From: Octopus vulgaris
Taxonomy: Eukaryota
Direction of reading: 5' to 3'
Length of the DNA stretch: 64,000 nucleotides
Assembly: GCA_951406725.2 (NCBI GenBank)
Contig: OX597828.1
Coordinates: forward strand, 58,404,001-58,468,000
The notes below the pieces were generated by a model. The model searched no databases. It was not told the origin of the DNA and worked only from the letters and a program-made list of their open reading frames with translations. Of this stretch, positions 25,341 through 37,800 are shown one piece after another. Within the stretch, counting starts at the first letter, position 1, and the number at the start of each line of letters is the position of its first letter. A program made the position numbers and the translations under genes.

Positions 25341-26497
25341 CCTAGGTAGCAGTCAAAAGTGATTTCAACTGGTGCCACATCAAAAGCATCCAACCCGCAC
25401 TGTAAGGTGGTTGGCGTTAGTAAGGGTGGTTGGTGTTAGGAAGGGTGGTTGTCGTTAGGAAGGGTGTTCAGCCATAGAAACGAGGCAAAATCAGACTGGA
25501 ACCTGTTGCAGCTCCCCTGCTTGCCAGCTCTGGTCAAACTGTCCAACCCATGCCAGCATAGGAAAACGGACATTAAAGGATGATGATGATGATGATGATA
25601 ATTCATTTGCAGATATTCAAATTTATAATCAGAAAACTAAAATTAATTTCACGTCATGTAATTAGTTTAGCCTTCTAAGTTCAAAAGAGCAACATCTAAA
25701 AGTTCTTTACATAGAAATCATTTGAAAATAAATTAGGAAGAATGAATTTTACAAATATTGTTTCATTGGTTGTTTATTAGTTGTAGATTTACAAAGCTGA
25801 ATGTTATTGTTAAAGATGGAGTTTAAAAGTTTGCTAACAGCCTTTTTATGCCGTGAGAAGCTTGGTGTATTCCTCTCCTTTTTCCCCTCAGCCATGTTGA
25901 AGTAGATGTCATAATATTTACTTCATTATTGGAGTGAAACACTGAGTAAACGACTGCACTGTAAACAAGGTGTAACTTAATTGTTTTCGTTGCCTTTGTT
26001 TACAATGAATTTAGCTGAAGGCAGTGAAGTGGAAGAAATACTAACACACCACACTGAACATCTTTTAATATTAAAACCACTTTGTGTTTAACTACTGCTG
26101 GAACTGACATTGCCTTTCATCTTCCTTGGGTCAATAAAATGACATTCAGGTTCGCATGTCCTGGCATCAATTCAGTTGACTGTCTCTACATATTCCTGGC
26201 CTTGTGCCAGTTGTGCCAGTTTTCCATTATTTCAGTCTTTTGTTGTCTTTAACTAGTTCTACTGTGACTAATTAGCTAACCTTTTCAACGACACTGCTGC
26301 ATGACAACTGTTTTAAAGTTATTGTGAGAAAGCAGTGTAGTAACACAAGAATAAAGAGAATGATTTTACGTTTTCATCATTTCGCAGTAGCTAAGTTTAT
26401 TAGTGCAGCTTCTTTGAACTTGTAAGTGTTGCTGTTTATTATGGCTGGTAAGGAGGAGAGTGGATAAACAAACTCATTAATGCAGTGCACAAAATAC

Positions 26498-26731
26498 CTA
26501 TTTCTTTACGACCCACAAGGGGCTAAACACAGAGAGGACAAACAAAGACAGACAGGGGTATTAAGTCGATTATATCGACCCCAGTGCATAACTGGTACTT
26601 AATTTATCGACCCCGAAAGGATGAAAGGCAAAGTCGACCTCGGCGGAATTTGAACTCAGAACATAACGACAGACGGAATACGGCTACGCATTTCGCCCGG
26701 CGTGCTAACATTTCTGCCAGCTTGCCACCTT
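26498..26731 (-). mobile_element. SINE family B with 13-bp TSD
   Basis: Reverse copy; flanks GTGCACAAAATAC (26485-26497) and GTGGACAAAATAC (26732-26744). Confidence 0.9.
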
Positions 26732-28231
26732 GTGGACAAAATACTTTGCAGTATTTGTTCTGGCTCTGTGTGTTTTGAGTTCAGATCCCACCAAGGTCAA
26801 TTTTGCCTTTTTCCTTTCAGGTTTGGGAAAATGAACTGCCAAACAATACTGGGGTTGATGATGTTGACTAACTCCTCTTAATTTCAAGTTATGTGCCTAT
26901 GTTTGAAAGATTAATTAAGGCTGGTATGTCTGGCCTTGTCCCTATGTAATAAAAGTTATTGTTAGTATGAATGGTAAAAGAGTAAGTAAGTTGAAAACAT
27001 CTATAGTGTTAGGTTATATGCCTTATGGTATTATTCATATTTTGTAGTAAAATTTGTGGAGAATGGCCTCATCAGTTGTAGCTTTCCAATAGATCAATCA
27101 CTGATTCATTGCTTTGTGGTGAAACTGATAAAGAAGTGTCTATCTTCAACTTTGTAAAGAGACATTTTTCAGGTTTTCTTTTCCTGATGTTTATATTCTA
27201 AGCTGATATGAATCAGTGTGTGTGGATATATATAATCATCATCTGATGTCTGATTTTGATGCTGGCATGGTTGGATAGCTTGACAAGATTGAGCAAGCTG
27301 CAGGGCCATGCCAAGCTCCTGTGTTGGCTTTGGCAGGTTTTCTATGGCTGGATGCTCTTCCTAATGCTAACCAGCCAGTATCTACTGAGTATTTTTTTTT
27401 TGTTCTACCATTTGTAGTGAGGTCACCAAGACTGTTTCCACACACTGTCCATCTACCAAACTTCCACTCACCAAGCTATTGTCCAACCCTAATAAAAGAC
27501 CCTTGCCCAAAGTGCTGCCCATTGAGAATTAATCTGGAACTGTGTGGTTTCAAAGCAAACCCCTTAACCAATCCTCTGCTAATGTTTATTACACTCTTTG
27601 CTTATAACCCTGAAAATATACCCTGATGAAGTATGGTGTTCATTAAATCAACTACACTCCTCTTTTAAAACTTGTGATCTTGTCCCAGTAATATAAATCC
27701 TAATTAACCAAGTGTCAGAAATGTAGTTTTGACTTACTCTGACTAATTAGCTAACCTTTTCAAGGACACTACTGCATAACGACTGCATTTTATAGTTATT
27801 GTTAGCAAACAGTATGATGAGGAGGAGGAGGAAAAGCTGCTGCATCCTCTGAAGTGGTTGTTATGTAAACCGATCCCTGATGCTGCAGGACTTTCCTTCT
27901 TGCCTGCACTTTTCGGTTTCCACAATCTTACACTTTGAACTCACACACTTGCCACAATCTTTTGGATATCATTCGCTCCTGACTGATGGCTGTATTCATC
28001 ATTAAGGCAATTTCGTTTTCTACAAAGTATCATCTTACTTGACAACTTCACTTTTAAACTATGTAACCCTGGCCTCTTTCTGTCACTAACTCATTTCTGT
28101 TTGAGAACAGTGATGCTCCAACCTTTATTACATTACAGACCATTTTCATGCCATACAATTTTCCCACAGACCAAGAGATCCCGGTGCATAACAGATCATA
28201 ATAAATGCATAATATATAATTTAATTTCATT

Positions 28232-28560
28232 ATTTTAGTTTCTTTATCAAAGCTCTTTCGTCATATATCTTGTGACCTCTTCAGTGAATCTATATCCCAC
28301 ATGTCTCCTTCCTCCCGTACTGCTTGTTCCACAAAATTGAATTAGCAGAATGGGATGAGACACATGGAATAATGAGTTACTGAAGGGGTCACAGGGTGTG
28401 TGATAAAAGAGCTTTGATAAAGAAACTAAAATGATATTAAAGCTGAAAGGAAAAGCCGAATATATAGTGCGTGTGTTTAATTGGTAAAATATGACCATCC
28501 CCAAGCAAAACAATATCTGTTTCAACACGTGATTTCACATCAAGAATCTTACAAAACAAA
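28232..28560. mobile_element. Inverted-repeat element carrying hammerhead-like motifs (probably Penelope pLTR-derived)
   Basis: Arms 28232-~28310 and ~28355-28432, outer 27 bp perfect; related rearranged copy at ~52860-53060. Confidence 0.6.
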
Positions 28561-28719
28561 TACATATTACATATAAAATTAATTTAATTATTACATATAA
28601 AAATATACTTATATATATTATATGTAATATATACTTATTTATTACATATGCAAAAACACCATGCGGACTGCAATAATAAATAAAACAGAAATAAAATTTT
28701 TAAATATGTTCTTTCTGTA

Positions 28720-28945
28720 GAGCCCAATGCATCCTTCAAAACTTCCTTGCTTCCTGAGATTCGCCAACACTATACCTGAGTTTCTCCCCTCCATACACAG
28801 GCAAGCATGTATCTGACTCATACACTGTTCGCTTCCCAGACATTTCTACATTACTGCATATGCTTTATACATACTTTTGACAAGTTGTGGTGCACCTGAG
28901 CACTGTATACAATAATTTCATTATTATTATTATTATTATTATTAT
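28720..28945 (+). mobile_element. CR1/L2-type LINE 3' end with (ATT)n tail
   Basis: ASFKTSLLPEIRQHYT* + 3'UTR; same family as 31826-32270 and 63845-64000. Confidence 0.8.
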
Positions 28946-29368
28946 ATGAATGAGCCAAGGCCCAGCACAAGTCTGTGGTTTGAGATTAGTAACTCTGGTT
29001 CTAGAAAATCCCAAACTTAAATGAACCTTTTCATTCTTGTCATCTCTTTTACTTACACCTTTATTTATTCGTTCAGATTTTGGCACAAAGCCAGCAATTT
29101 TCAGGGGTGGGGTTAAAATCAATTACATCAACCCCCAGTGCTCAATTTGTACTTACTTTATCAACCTCAAAAGGATGAAAGGCAAAATTGACCTCAGCAG
29201 ATTTTGAACTCAGAACAGTGACAGATGAAACACCATTAAGTATTTTGCATGACTGTTAACAGTTCTGCCAGAACCATTAAGACTTTGAAGTCTCTATCCT
29301 GGTTTCAATTTTGTTACCTTTGACAGCTGTTTTGACACATTCAGATCAACATTTACAGAACTTTATAA

Positions 29369-30664
29369 TCAGGCTGAGTAAAAAAAGTAAACAACGTTTT
29401 GAAACATGAAATTCATCACAATATATTTCAACAATGTGGAAATTTTATTCATCAAAGCAACTACCATTACAATCAACACATTTTTTGCTAATGAGTTACA
29501 ACTTTATTTATTCTGGTTCCATAAAGATCTGGAGTTCTGGAGTTGGTGAAATCTTTGAAAGCACTTTTCAGCGTTGGTTTGAGTTTTGAACTCCCTCTGT
29601 CGCAGGAAACCTTCAAGCTGCTTGAAAAAGGGGGAGTCAGTAGGAAAAAGATCCGGGGAATAAGCAAGGTGGGGAAGAACCTTGTAGCCAAATTCCCTCA
29701 ACTTCTGGAGCGTCATTAGTGAAACGTGTGGTCGAGCATTGTCATGAAGAATGATTGACCCTCTTCTTCTGTGACCAGTCTGGGACAGAGCAGTAGCAGT
29801 TTTTTTATTCGTTTTGGCAATTTCGTGTCAGTATGTTTCTGCAGTAATGGTGTTTTCATGTTTTAAGAAGTTATAATGGATGAGTCCAGTTGTACATCAC
29901 CAAACAGTCACCATAACCTTCTTTTTGAAGAGTTCAGGTTGAGGAAAAGTTTTCGGTGCTTCATTTTGGTCCAACCACTGCAAAGAATGTTTTTTTTATT
30001 ATTGTACGGAATCCACTTTTTATTGCAAGTTACAATACAGTCAAGAAATTGATCGGTCTGGTTACGGAGAAGAAGCAATGAGCAAACTTCATATCTGTGC
30101 ATTTTCTGATTTTCATTCAAATCGTGTGGTACCCATTTGTCAAGCATTTTTGATTTTCCGATCACATGCAAATGGTTGCAGGCAGTTTTCTGGCTAACTT
30201 GAAGTTCTTTCGCCAGTTCTTGAGTGGTTTTACGTGGATCTTTCTCAATAATTGTCTTTAATTGACTGTCATCAATGACAGATAGGCGTCCACTGTGCTC
30301 ATGACCTTCAAGGCTCAGGTCTCCACTGTGAAATCATTTAAACCATTTTCTAGCTGACCACTCACTGGTCATTTCCTCACCAAATGTTTTGTTGATATCG
30401 TGAGCAGTTTCAGCTTCTTTACGTCCTTTCTTTGAAGTTGATTAGCAAAATTGCTCGAATATCGAGCTTTGACAGTTCCATCTCAGATGAGTGTAACAAC
30501 AGTGAAAAAAATATCAATGTTAATTTATTGTTGCATTTCGACAAGTCTATGTCTGAATTATCAGACAATTACAAAAAAAATGTTAAAAAAATTTTTAAAC
30601 TCTGCAAACATCCTGTCTGAATTCTTCATGGTTCAAAACGTTGCTTGCTTTTTACTCAACCTGA
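29369..30664 (-). mobile_element. Full-length decayed mariner (Tc1/mariner) transposon, ~1.3 kb
   Basis: ~40-bp imperfect TIRs TCAGG(C/T)TGAGTAAAAA...AACGTTTTGAA; TA at right end; transposase motifs KWVPHDL, IVTCNKKW, HDNARPH, YSPDLFPTD split by frameshifts. Confidence 0.92.
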
Positions 30665-30870
30665 TATTTCAAATTCTGTGAAAGTTGTAATATATATGTT
30701 GTTGTTCTTTTTTTTTTATTCTTCCTTTCTATTTATTTCTGTCCTGATTGGTTCCCTAATTTCATACGCTCGTTATCAGCCCCTTGCCTTTTCTTTGTCA
30801 TCATGTAGATTGTCTCAATTTGAATCAATTTGAAATAATGACATTGAAAAATTTTCCAAAGAATGCATTC

Positions 30871-31500
30871 AATGTGGCTGTGTTGTAAGAAGTTTGCTTC
30901 CCAACCACAGGGTTTCAGGTTCAGTCCCACTGCATGGTACCTTGGAGAAATGTATTTTACTATGAGCTCCATGCCAACCAAAGCCTTGTGAGTGGATTTG
31001 ATAGGCAGAAACTGAAAGAGGCGGTGAGCTGGCAGAAACGTTAGCACGCCGGGCGAAATGCTTAGCGGTATTTCATCTGCCGTTATGTTCTGAGTTCAAA
31101 TTCTGCCGAGGTCGACTTTGCCCTTCATCTTTTTGGGGTTGGTAAATTAAGTACCAGTTACACACTGGGGTCGATGTAATTGACTTAATCCCTTTGTTTG
31201 TCCTTGTTTGTCCCCTCTATGTTTAGCCCCTTGTGAACAGTAAAGAAATAAGTAACTGAAAGAAGCACATCGCATGTGTGTGTGTGTGTGTCTTCAAATT
31301 TGTGTTTGTCCACCACCACTCAACTGGTGTTGGTTTGTTTATGTCCCTGTTATTTAGCAATTTTGACAAAAGAAATTAATAGAATAAGTGCCAGGCTTTT
31401 AGAAAATAGGTACTAAGGACTATTTGTTTGCCTAAACCCTTCAAGGTGGTGCCCCAACATGACCGCAATCCAATGACTGAAACGGGTAACAGTGAAAGAA
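30871..31500 (+). mobile_element. SINE family A interrupted by SINE family B (31020-31253)
   Basis: 10-bp TSD AACTGAAAGA at 31010-31019 and 31254-31263. Confidence 0.88.
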
Positions 31501-31825
31501 ACATTTAAATAGTCAAAACTAATGAAAAGTCAATGAAAATAAAAATTCTGAAAGAGGCAAGGGAGGGAACTCCATAAACTCCACTCGACTACAAATTAAA
31601 TGGAAACCCACTGAGTGGGGAGGGAGTTTTGCCTTTGATAGCCAAAGCATCACAGCTGGCTTTGTTTCACTCTCACCAGACCATATCAGTGTATCAGTCC
31701 ATTTACAAAATTTTCAACTCACCATATTCATGCAGAAAACATATCTTAAGAAATTTTTACATATTATAAATTTGTCTTATGAGGAAATTATTTTCACACC
31801 CAATTTATCAAAGTTAAACCCTATA

Positions 31826-32270
31826 TAATAATAATAATGAAATTATTGTATGCAGTGCTCAGGTGCACCACAACTTGTCAAAAGTGCGTATAAGGCATAT
31901 CCAGTAATGTACAAATGTCTGGTAAGCGAACAGTATATGAGTCAAATACTTGCTTGCATGTGTATGGAGGGGAGAAAATCAGGTGTAGTGTTGGCGAATC
32001 TCAGGAAGCATGGAAGTTTTGAAGGATGCAGTGCTCTGACAACTAACAACTGACGCCGGCAGTCTGTTCCATGCTTCAGCAACTCTTAGCGTGAAAAAAT
32101 GTTTCCTAAAGTCATGGGAGCTGTGCTGTTTTCTGACTTTGTAAACATGTCCATAGGTGTTAGACGGGTGGAGTTTGAAAAGGTGCTCAGAGTTATTGTT
32201 TGTGAGATGGTTAATAATTTTATTGGTGTCTGCCAAGTCAGCTGCCAGACGTCGGAGTTTCAATGTGTTA
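31826..32270 (-). mobile_element. CR1/L2-type LINE 3' fragment
   Basis: ORF2 C-terminus LKLRRLAADL...GHVYKV...RKHFFTLRVAEAWNRLP...SFK, (ATT)n tail. Confidence 0.88.
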
Positions 32271-32839
32271 CAATATATTTGTGTTACACACACACGCTTG
32301 AGAAGACACATCAAGGCAAGTGAAATCATACATAAAAGGAGCCCATGCTACACTACAATTTTGGAGTGGTTGGTGTTAGGAAGGGCATAGAAACCAAGCC
32401 AGACTGGAGCCTGGTGCAGCTCTCCAGCTTACCAGTTCCAATCAAACCATCCAACCCATGCCAGCATGGAAAACGAATGCTAAGTGATGATGATGATGAT
32501 GATAATGATGTGTATGTGTTTGTGTGAAAATTAAGATGAAAGCCAGTTTAGTTCCTAATTAGGCATCTAAATGCATTTGAACCATCCAATGCCGAGTTTC
32601 AAATAATTGCAGTCGTGAAATGTATTTATACTGGCGTTTATGTGTGTTCTCTGTATGTCATAATTAGTAAAACTGCTAAGTACAGTGGTTGACTAACCAT
32701 TATACTGAAAGCCGAGTGGATAATGATAATTACCATTATCCACTTGGATAATCTATGTGGATTTCTAACCCATTCAGTAATAGTTTTACATCTAACTGCA
32801 CATGCAATACACAGTATATTTATGTTGCAATATACCTGT

Positions 32840-33590
32840 GAAGGTGCATAGCTCAGTGGTTAGTGTCGGGTTCACAATCATAAGGTAGTGAGTTCAATTT
32901 ATGGACCGGGCTGTGTGTTGTGTTCTTGAGCAAGACTCTTCATTTCGTGTTGCTCCAGTTCATTCAGCTGTAGAAATGAGTTGTGACATCTCTGGTGCCA
33001 GGCTGTATCAGTCCCTTTTGCCTTTCTCTTGGATAATATCAATGGCTGGTATGCATGGGCAGCTGCTGGTCTTCCATAAACCACCTTGCCTAGACTTGTG
33101 CCTTGAAGGGCAACTTTCAAGAATTTGTCTTAAGAAGAAAGGCTGAAGACGCTCGACCTTTATTCTTTAGAAAAACAACGACGCCGTGGTGATCTCATTC
33201 TCGCTCACAACATTATAAGCGGAAAGTGTAACCTCTCGAAAGAGCTGTTCTTCACTCCTGCTCCAGAGCGTCGGCTGCGGGGTCACTCCGAAAAGCTCTA
33301 TCTGCGACGATTTCATCTCAATCGAAGGAGAGGGGCTTTCTCCGTCCGGGTTGCGGATCCGTGGAATAAGCTGCCGGACGAGATGATGAAGATGCCGACG
33401 ACTGCTCAGTTCAAAGTCTCTCTTGACCAGAAATGGCCTGAACTCTTTGCATGAACACTACCCTGTACATAACTCCATGTCCCCCTACATGGCCTTGCTT
33501 TTTGCTTTTTGAACCAAATAATTAACTTAACTTAACTTTCTAGTTGCAATCCCATGGTTATTCATGACTGAAGGAGATTCTTACCCTTTT
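32840..33590 (+). mobile_element. tRNA-derived SINE family C (Meta-domain-like), interrupted by a LINE
   Basis: TAGCTCAGTGG A box, GAGTTCAATT B box, CTTGAGCAAGAC...CAGCTGTAGAAATGAGT core. A copy without the insert is at ~53627-53925; another is at ~43765-44130. Confidence 0.8.
33119..33533 (+). mobile_element. Second CR1/L2-type LINE 3' fragment with (TAACT)n tail
   Basis: EERLKTLDLYSLEKQRRRGDLILAHNII...RGHSEKL...FSVRVADPWNKLP...FKVSLD; TSD AACTTTC at 33112-33118 and 33534-33540. Confidence 0.88.
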
Positions 33591-34365
33591 TTACAATATA
33601 TCTATGAGTTATCCTGAGGACTTAGCAGTTGCGAATGAAGTAAGCTGAGCTGAAGAGATCCCTTGCAACCGAAACATTTCTGACTTATGATTAAAAGCAT
33701 TCCAACTGTTACTGTCCTCTATTTGCCATTATTCTTTAGTCCCAAGTCAACTCTGATCAAGCTGACTTATGATTAAAAACATTCCAACTGTTACTGTCCT
33801 GTATTTTTCTGGTGTTATGTAGGATTACGTTATCTAAAGTATCCCTTAGTTAAGGGTTTAAGTGTGGGATTTGAGTGAGATTTCTCCTCTGCTTATAGCA
33901 AGTTGAATGATCCTGTATAAGCTCTCATTGACTCTTCTCTATTTGTTTGCATGTTGTGTGTGTGTGTACATATTTAAAAACTACTTGGAAGCAAAAGAAA
34001 GTATTATAAGTGTTGTTCTGGTCAAGTGTTCTGACACTTATTCCTTCTCATGATAGTGACTGAATAACCATCAGCAAATCTGCCCTTTGTCTTGCTTTAA
34101 TATCTTTATTAACTTCTGATATTTAACGAAAGCAATTAATATGCCAGCTCTTATATGAGCTGAATGAAAGAATGACAGTCTGTTTTCTCTACCTGTATTT
34201 GTGTTATTTCCTCTCCCCCCACCGCAATTATTCTTGGCCTCACAGAGTGTCTGTTTTGTTTAAATTATTATAAACATGATGTACAATTCACTTGATTTCA
34301 GAGGGAGTTCACTTGTAAAGCAGTAACTGTTTTAAAATTTTCCTATCTCTTTCTCTTTTTTGTAG

Positions 34366-34407
34366 GAACTTCCACATTCTGGGCAATATATCAATGGAAT
34401 TGATAAG
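34366..34407 (+). CDS. OSBPL11: Exon 8 (ELPHSGQYINGIDK)
   Basis: Strong pyrimidine tract + tag, gtaatt donor, phase 0-0; matches the LPxSG...LD segment preceding DLLxLKATS. Confidence 0.88.
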
Positions 34408-37253
34408 GTAATTTTCACTTCTATTTACAAAATATTATTCTGTATTAACTCTGCTTTATAATTTTCTCTTGACAGAGTAGATAAAACTAATTATTTTGTT
34501 TTAATAGTTTTTATTATTTGCTTGTTTCATGTCCTTAATATTTCGATATATACAGACATAGCAAAGATCAAAAGTTCAACTCACACTCTGATTCATCAAA
34601 GTATTTGACCAACACATTCATGCCATTACTTGCCCGTCTTTTTCTCTATCTTTTCTCCATATACTTTGTCCTGGACTTCAATATCCAATATGTCCTTTTT
34701 TATATAAAAATAAGACTGTGTACTTTATGGGGAATTCAGTTGATTTTTCTAGTAGTCCCCTACAGGCCCCTTCATTGGCCTAAGAAACTTATGTTAACCT
34801 GCAATTTTATTTAAATATCTGATAAATGGAATTTGAAAAAAAACAGAAGATACTTTCTAAAAAATAACATGCAGCCTAAAGAATTCTACAGGGTCCCTAA
34901 AAGATGCAGATAATTACTAGTCATTCTTAACAGTACTGGTGTGTTTAAATGGCTATAAAATAGAATGATTTTAATTAGAAAACTAATAATACTGTAGCTT
35001 GAGAAAAAATCTGTATGCTTTTTGTTGAAATACTGGTATAATTAATGTATGACTTCCACAATCACTTACTAACGCCTCAGTCAGGCAGCCCCTTTGTGGT
35101 TGCAATACTTTGCTAGAAATATTAGCTAAGTCTCTTTTAAATTATATATCACCGTCTGCGTTTTAAAAATTGCATTAGATAATGTCCAGGGTATCTGAAA
35201 AAGAAAAGAAAGATGAAGTGGCCTGGGACAGACACTCTTTGATTATAGGTATACTCAGCCAAGACTGACCTGTAGCTAAAGAACAGTGCTCACCACCAAG
35301 TAAACTCTCTCTAAGCCATTTAGTTCCAACTTCTCTGATACCAGATGTCTGTGTGAGAAAACAGTTTCTAGTGCTGTGTATGTTGGGTTGTGATGAGCCA
35401 GAAGTCGATTTCTCATAACTGATTCAGTGCTTTACATTCCTCAGAAGAACTGATGCTGAAAACTTTGCATTTCATCTTTCTGAAAAACTTATTCAAGTGT
35501 TATGTATGGTTCACTCTATGGAGCTAAAATCTGGATATTAACAGGAGTATCAGCATTGTTTTCTTTCTTTTCTTTTTGCTTGCTGCCTGGTGTGCATTCC
35601 ACCCCTATGGATGCATTCCAGTTACTCTCTTGATAGAGTTTGGTGATCCTTACCATTAGTCTTCTAGGATCCCTCTGCTCAGCCTCAGTGTAAGAAGCAC
35701 CTCTATCTCAGTTCAGCTCTTCATGATCCACCATGCTGCAGTTCCATGGCTTCGTTGTATTCCTGGCAGAGTGGCAAATAGATGAGTGCATGTAGAAGTC
35801 TTTAGAGAATATTATGGACAAAACTCAAAACCAGTGATGAAGAACTAAGAATAGCAACAACTACAAATTCTGTGTATAATTAGAGTGAAGACTAAAATAT
35901 TTTGACCATTTTAATTTGCTTTTAATGGCTTATTGATTCCAGAAGCTATGAAGAGAAGCTAAAATTGCTCAAAAAGGAGGAAAAGAATTCTCTGATGGAT
36001 AATATCAAGAATTGGACAGATTTAAAAATACACTGTTAGGGAAGGCATACAACCATAGAAACTATGCCAAAACACTGGAGCACAACGCGCCTTTGGACCT
36101 GTCAGATTCCGTCAAACTGTCCAACTCATGCCAGCATGAAACACAGATATTACATGATGATGAACACAAGAAAGATGATGATTCATGGTGTTCAATCTGC
36201 TGACAGAGGACTTTGTCATCATCATCGTTTAACGTCCGTTCTCCATGCTAGCATGGGTTGGACGGTTTGACCGGGGTCTGGGAAACCAGGAGGCTGCACC
36301 AGGCCCAGTCTGATCTGGCAGTGTTTCTACAGCTGGATGCCCTTCCTAACGCCAACCACTCTGTGAGTGTAGTAGGTGCTTTTTACATGCCACCGGCACA
36401 GGTGCCAGGGGAGGCTGGCAACGGCCACAATCGGATTGGTGAATCCTTAAAAGCATGGACAATACTTGATTATGTGAAAATTATACAAATAACAGTTATT
36501 GTGTGTATGGAATACTTGTGTCAATGAAATTCTTTTTGAAGGGTGTGTGAACAGGTAAATGGAAGGAGGAAAAGGAATGGTAAAATTTATTAGAATGTAC
36601 AAATTCTTGAGCCTGTGGCACCTTGTTTATAAAGGCTCAACATTGTAGAACTTCTTCAGCTAAACTTTGCCATATTTAATCATTGTTGTATGATTTAAGC
36701 TCAGGAGAAAAGGCATCCTCCAAAGACCTGATAGCAAGGAAAGAGAGGAAGAAACTTTGGTATTTTCTGCAACTCTATGAAGTAGATGAGGTGTAAACAT
36801 TCAAACATCATAACAATCTTTCCAAATCCTGCTGCATTTCACCTGGAAATTTTGGTCCTCCAAAGTTATCTTGGGGTATAAGTCAACTTACTTTAATTGG
36901 CTGTAAATTTTGATCTGAAAAATTGGACATGTATGCTGAAAATATATCGGACAAGTCATTGGTTACTGCAGTGAGAGGCAATCTTTGAGAGCCAGCCTGC
37001 TCTGAATGCTTGCAACAGGGTGTACTTAGCTACAATTCATTGAAATGTGATGATGGTGGTGGTGTTGGTGGTGGTGGACTTGATTGTCAACACAAAACAC
37101 TCTTTCAGCCATAATTCAATATCTCTTCACATCACACGACTACACCAGTGAAAAGTAATTTCCTCCTGCATGCATTGATTGTTACATTTTGGACATACCT
37201 GTGTGTGTGTGTGTGTGTGTGTTGATTGATTTTTCTTATTTTTATTCTTCCAG

Positions 37254-37334
37254 GATCTGCTCCTCCTGAAAGCAACATCTTCTGCCACCGTTCATTGTCT
37301 TCAAGATTGCCTTAATATTCTCCAGATGCGACAA
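37254..37334 (+). CDS. OSBPL11: Exon 9 (DLLLLKATSSATVHCLQDCLNILQMRQ)
   Basis: ttccag acceptor, gtaatt donor; DLLxLKATSxATxxCLxxC motif of ORP10/11. Confidence 0.95.
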
Positions 37335-37800
37335 GTAATTAAATCTTTTCTTTTAATTACTGCATTTAAAATTTACAGTTATTCGTTTTCAGTATATTTC
37401 CATAATTGAGTTTTAGTTCTTCAAAGATGAATTATTTGCTGCTTTGCTTGTGTTTTTCTCTTCTGCCTCTTTCTTGCTTCCAGCTGCGATTGTGAAGTTA
37501 TGTATTTTTCTCTTACAGATTCGCAAATGATGCCATCACAAAAAAAAAAAAAAAAAATGCTCGACTAAGAAATGATTTTCAGTATTCTAAGAGAGTTAAA
37601 TAATTTAATATGTTTTCAATAACACTAATTGATATTAATAAATTGCATGTACTTCGTTAAATTTTGAACTAATATATTGGAATTAAATTTCTATAGAAAA
37701 GGTTTTACTAATTAATAGAATGTTCTACCGTATCTAATTTGTACAGTACATTTGAAGTCTGTAAACTGAACTAGTGGCAGTGTTATGTACAATGAGTTTG

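Noticed and set aside
25402-25465. Telomere-like or G-quadruplex repeat (GGTGGTTGGYGTTAGGAAG x3)
   Set aside because: Local ~20-bp tandem triplication within an RTE 3'UTR copy, not (TTAGGG)n.
33646-33682. CTGAAGA...CGAAACATT hammerhead-like spacing
   Set aside because: Stem II pairs at only 2 of 4 positions and stem I does not form; at most a very decayed relic.
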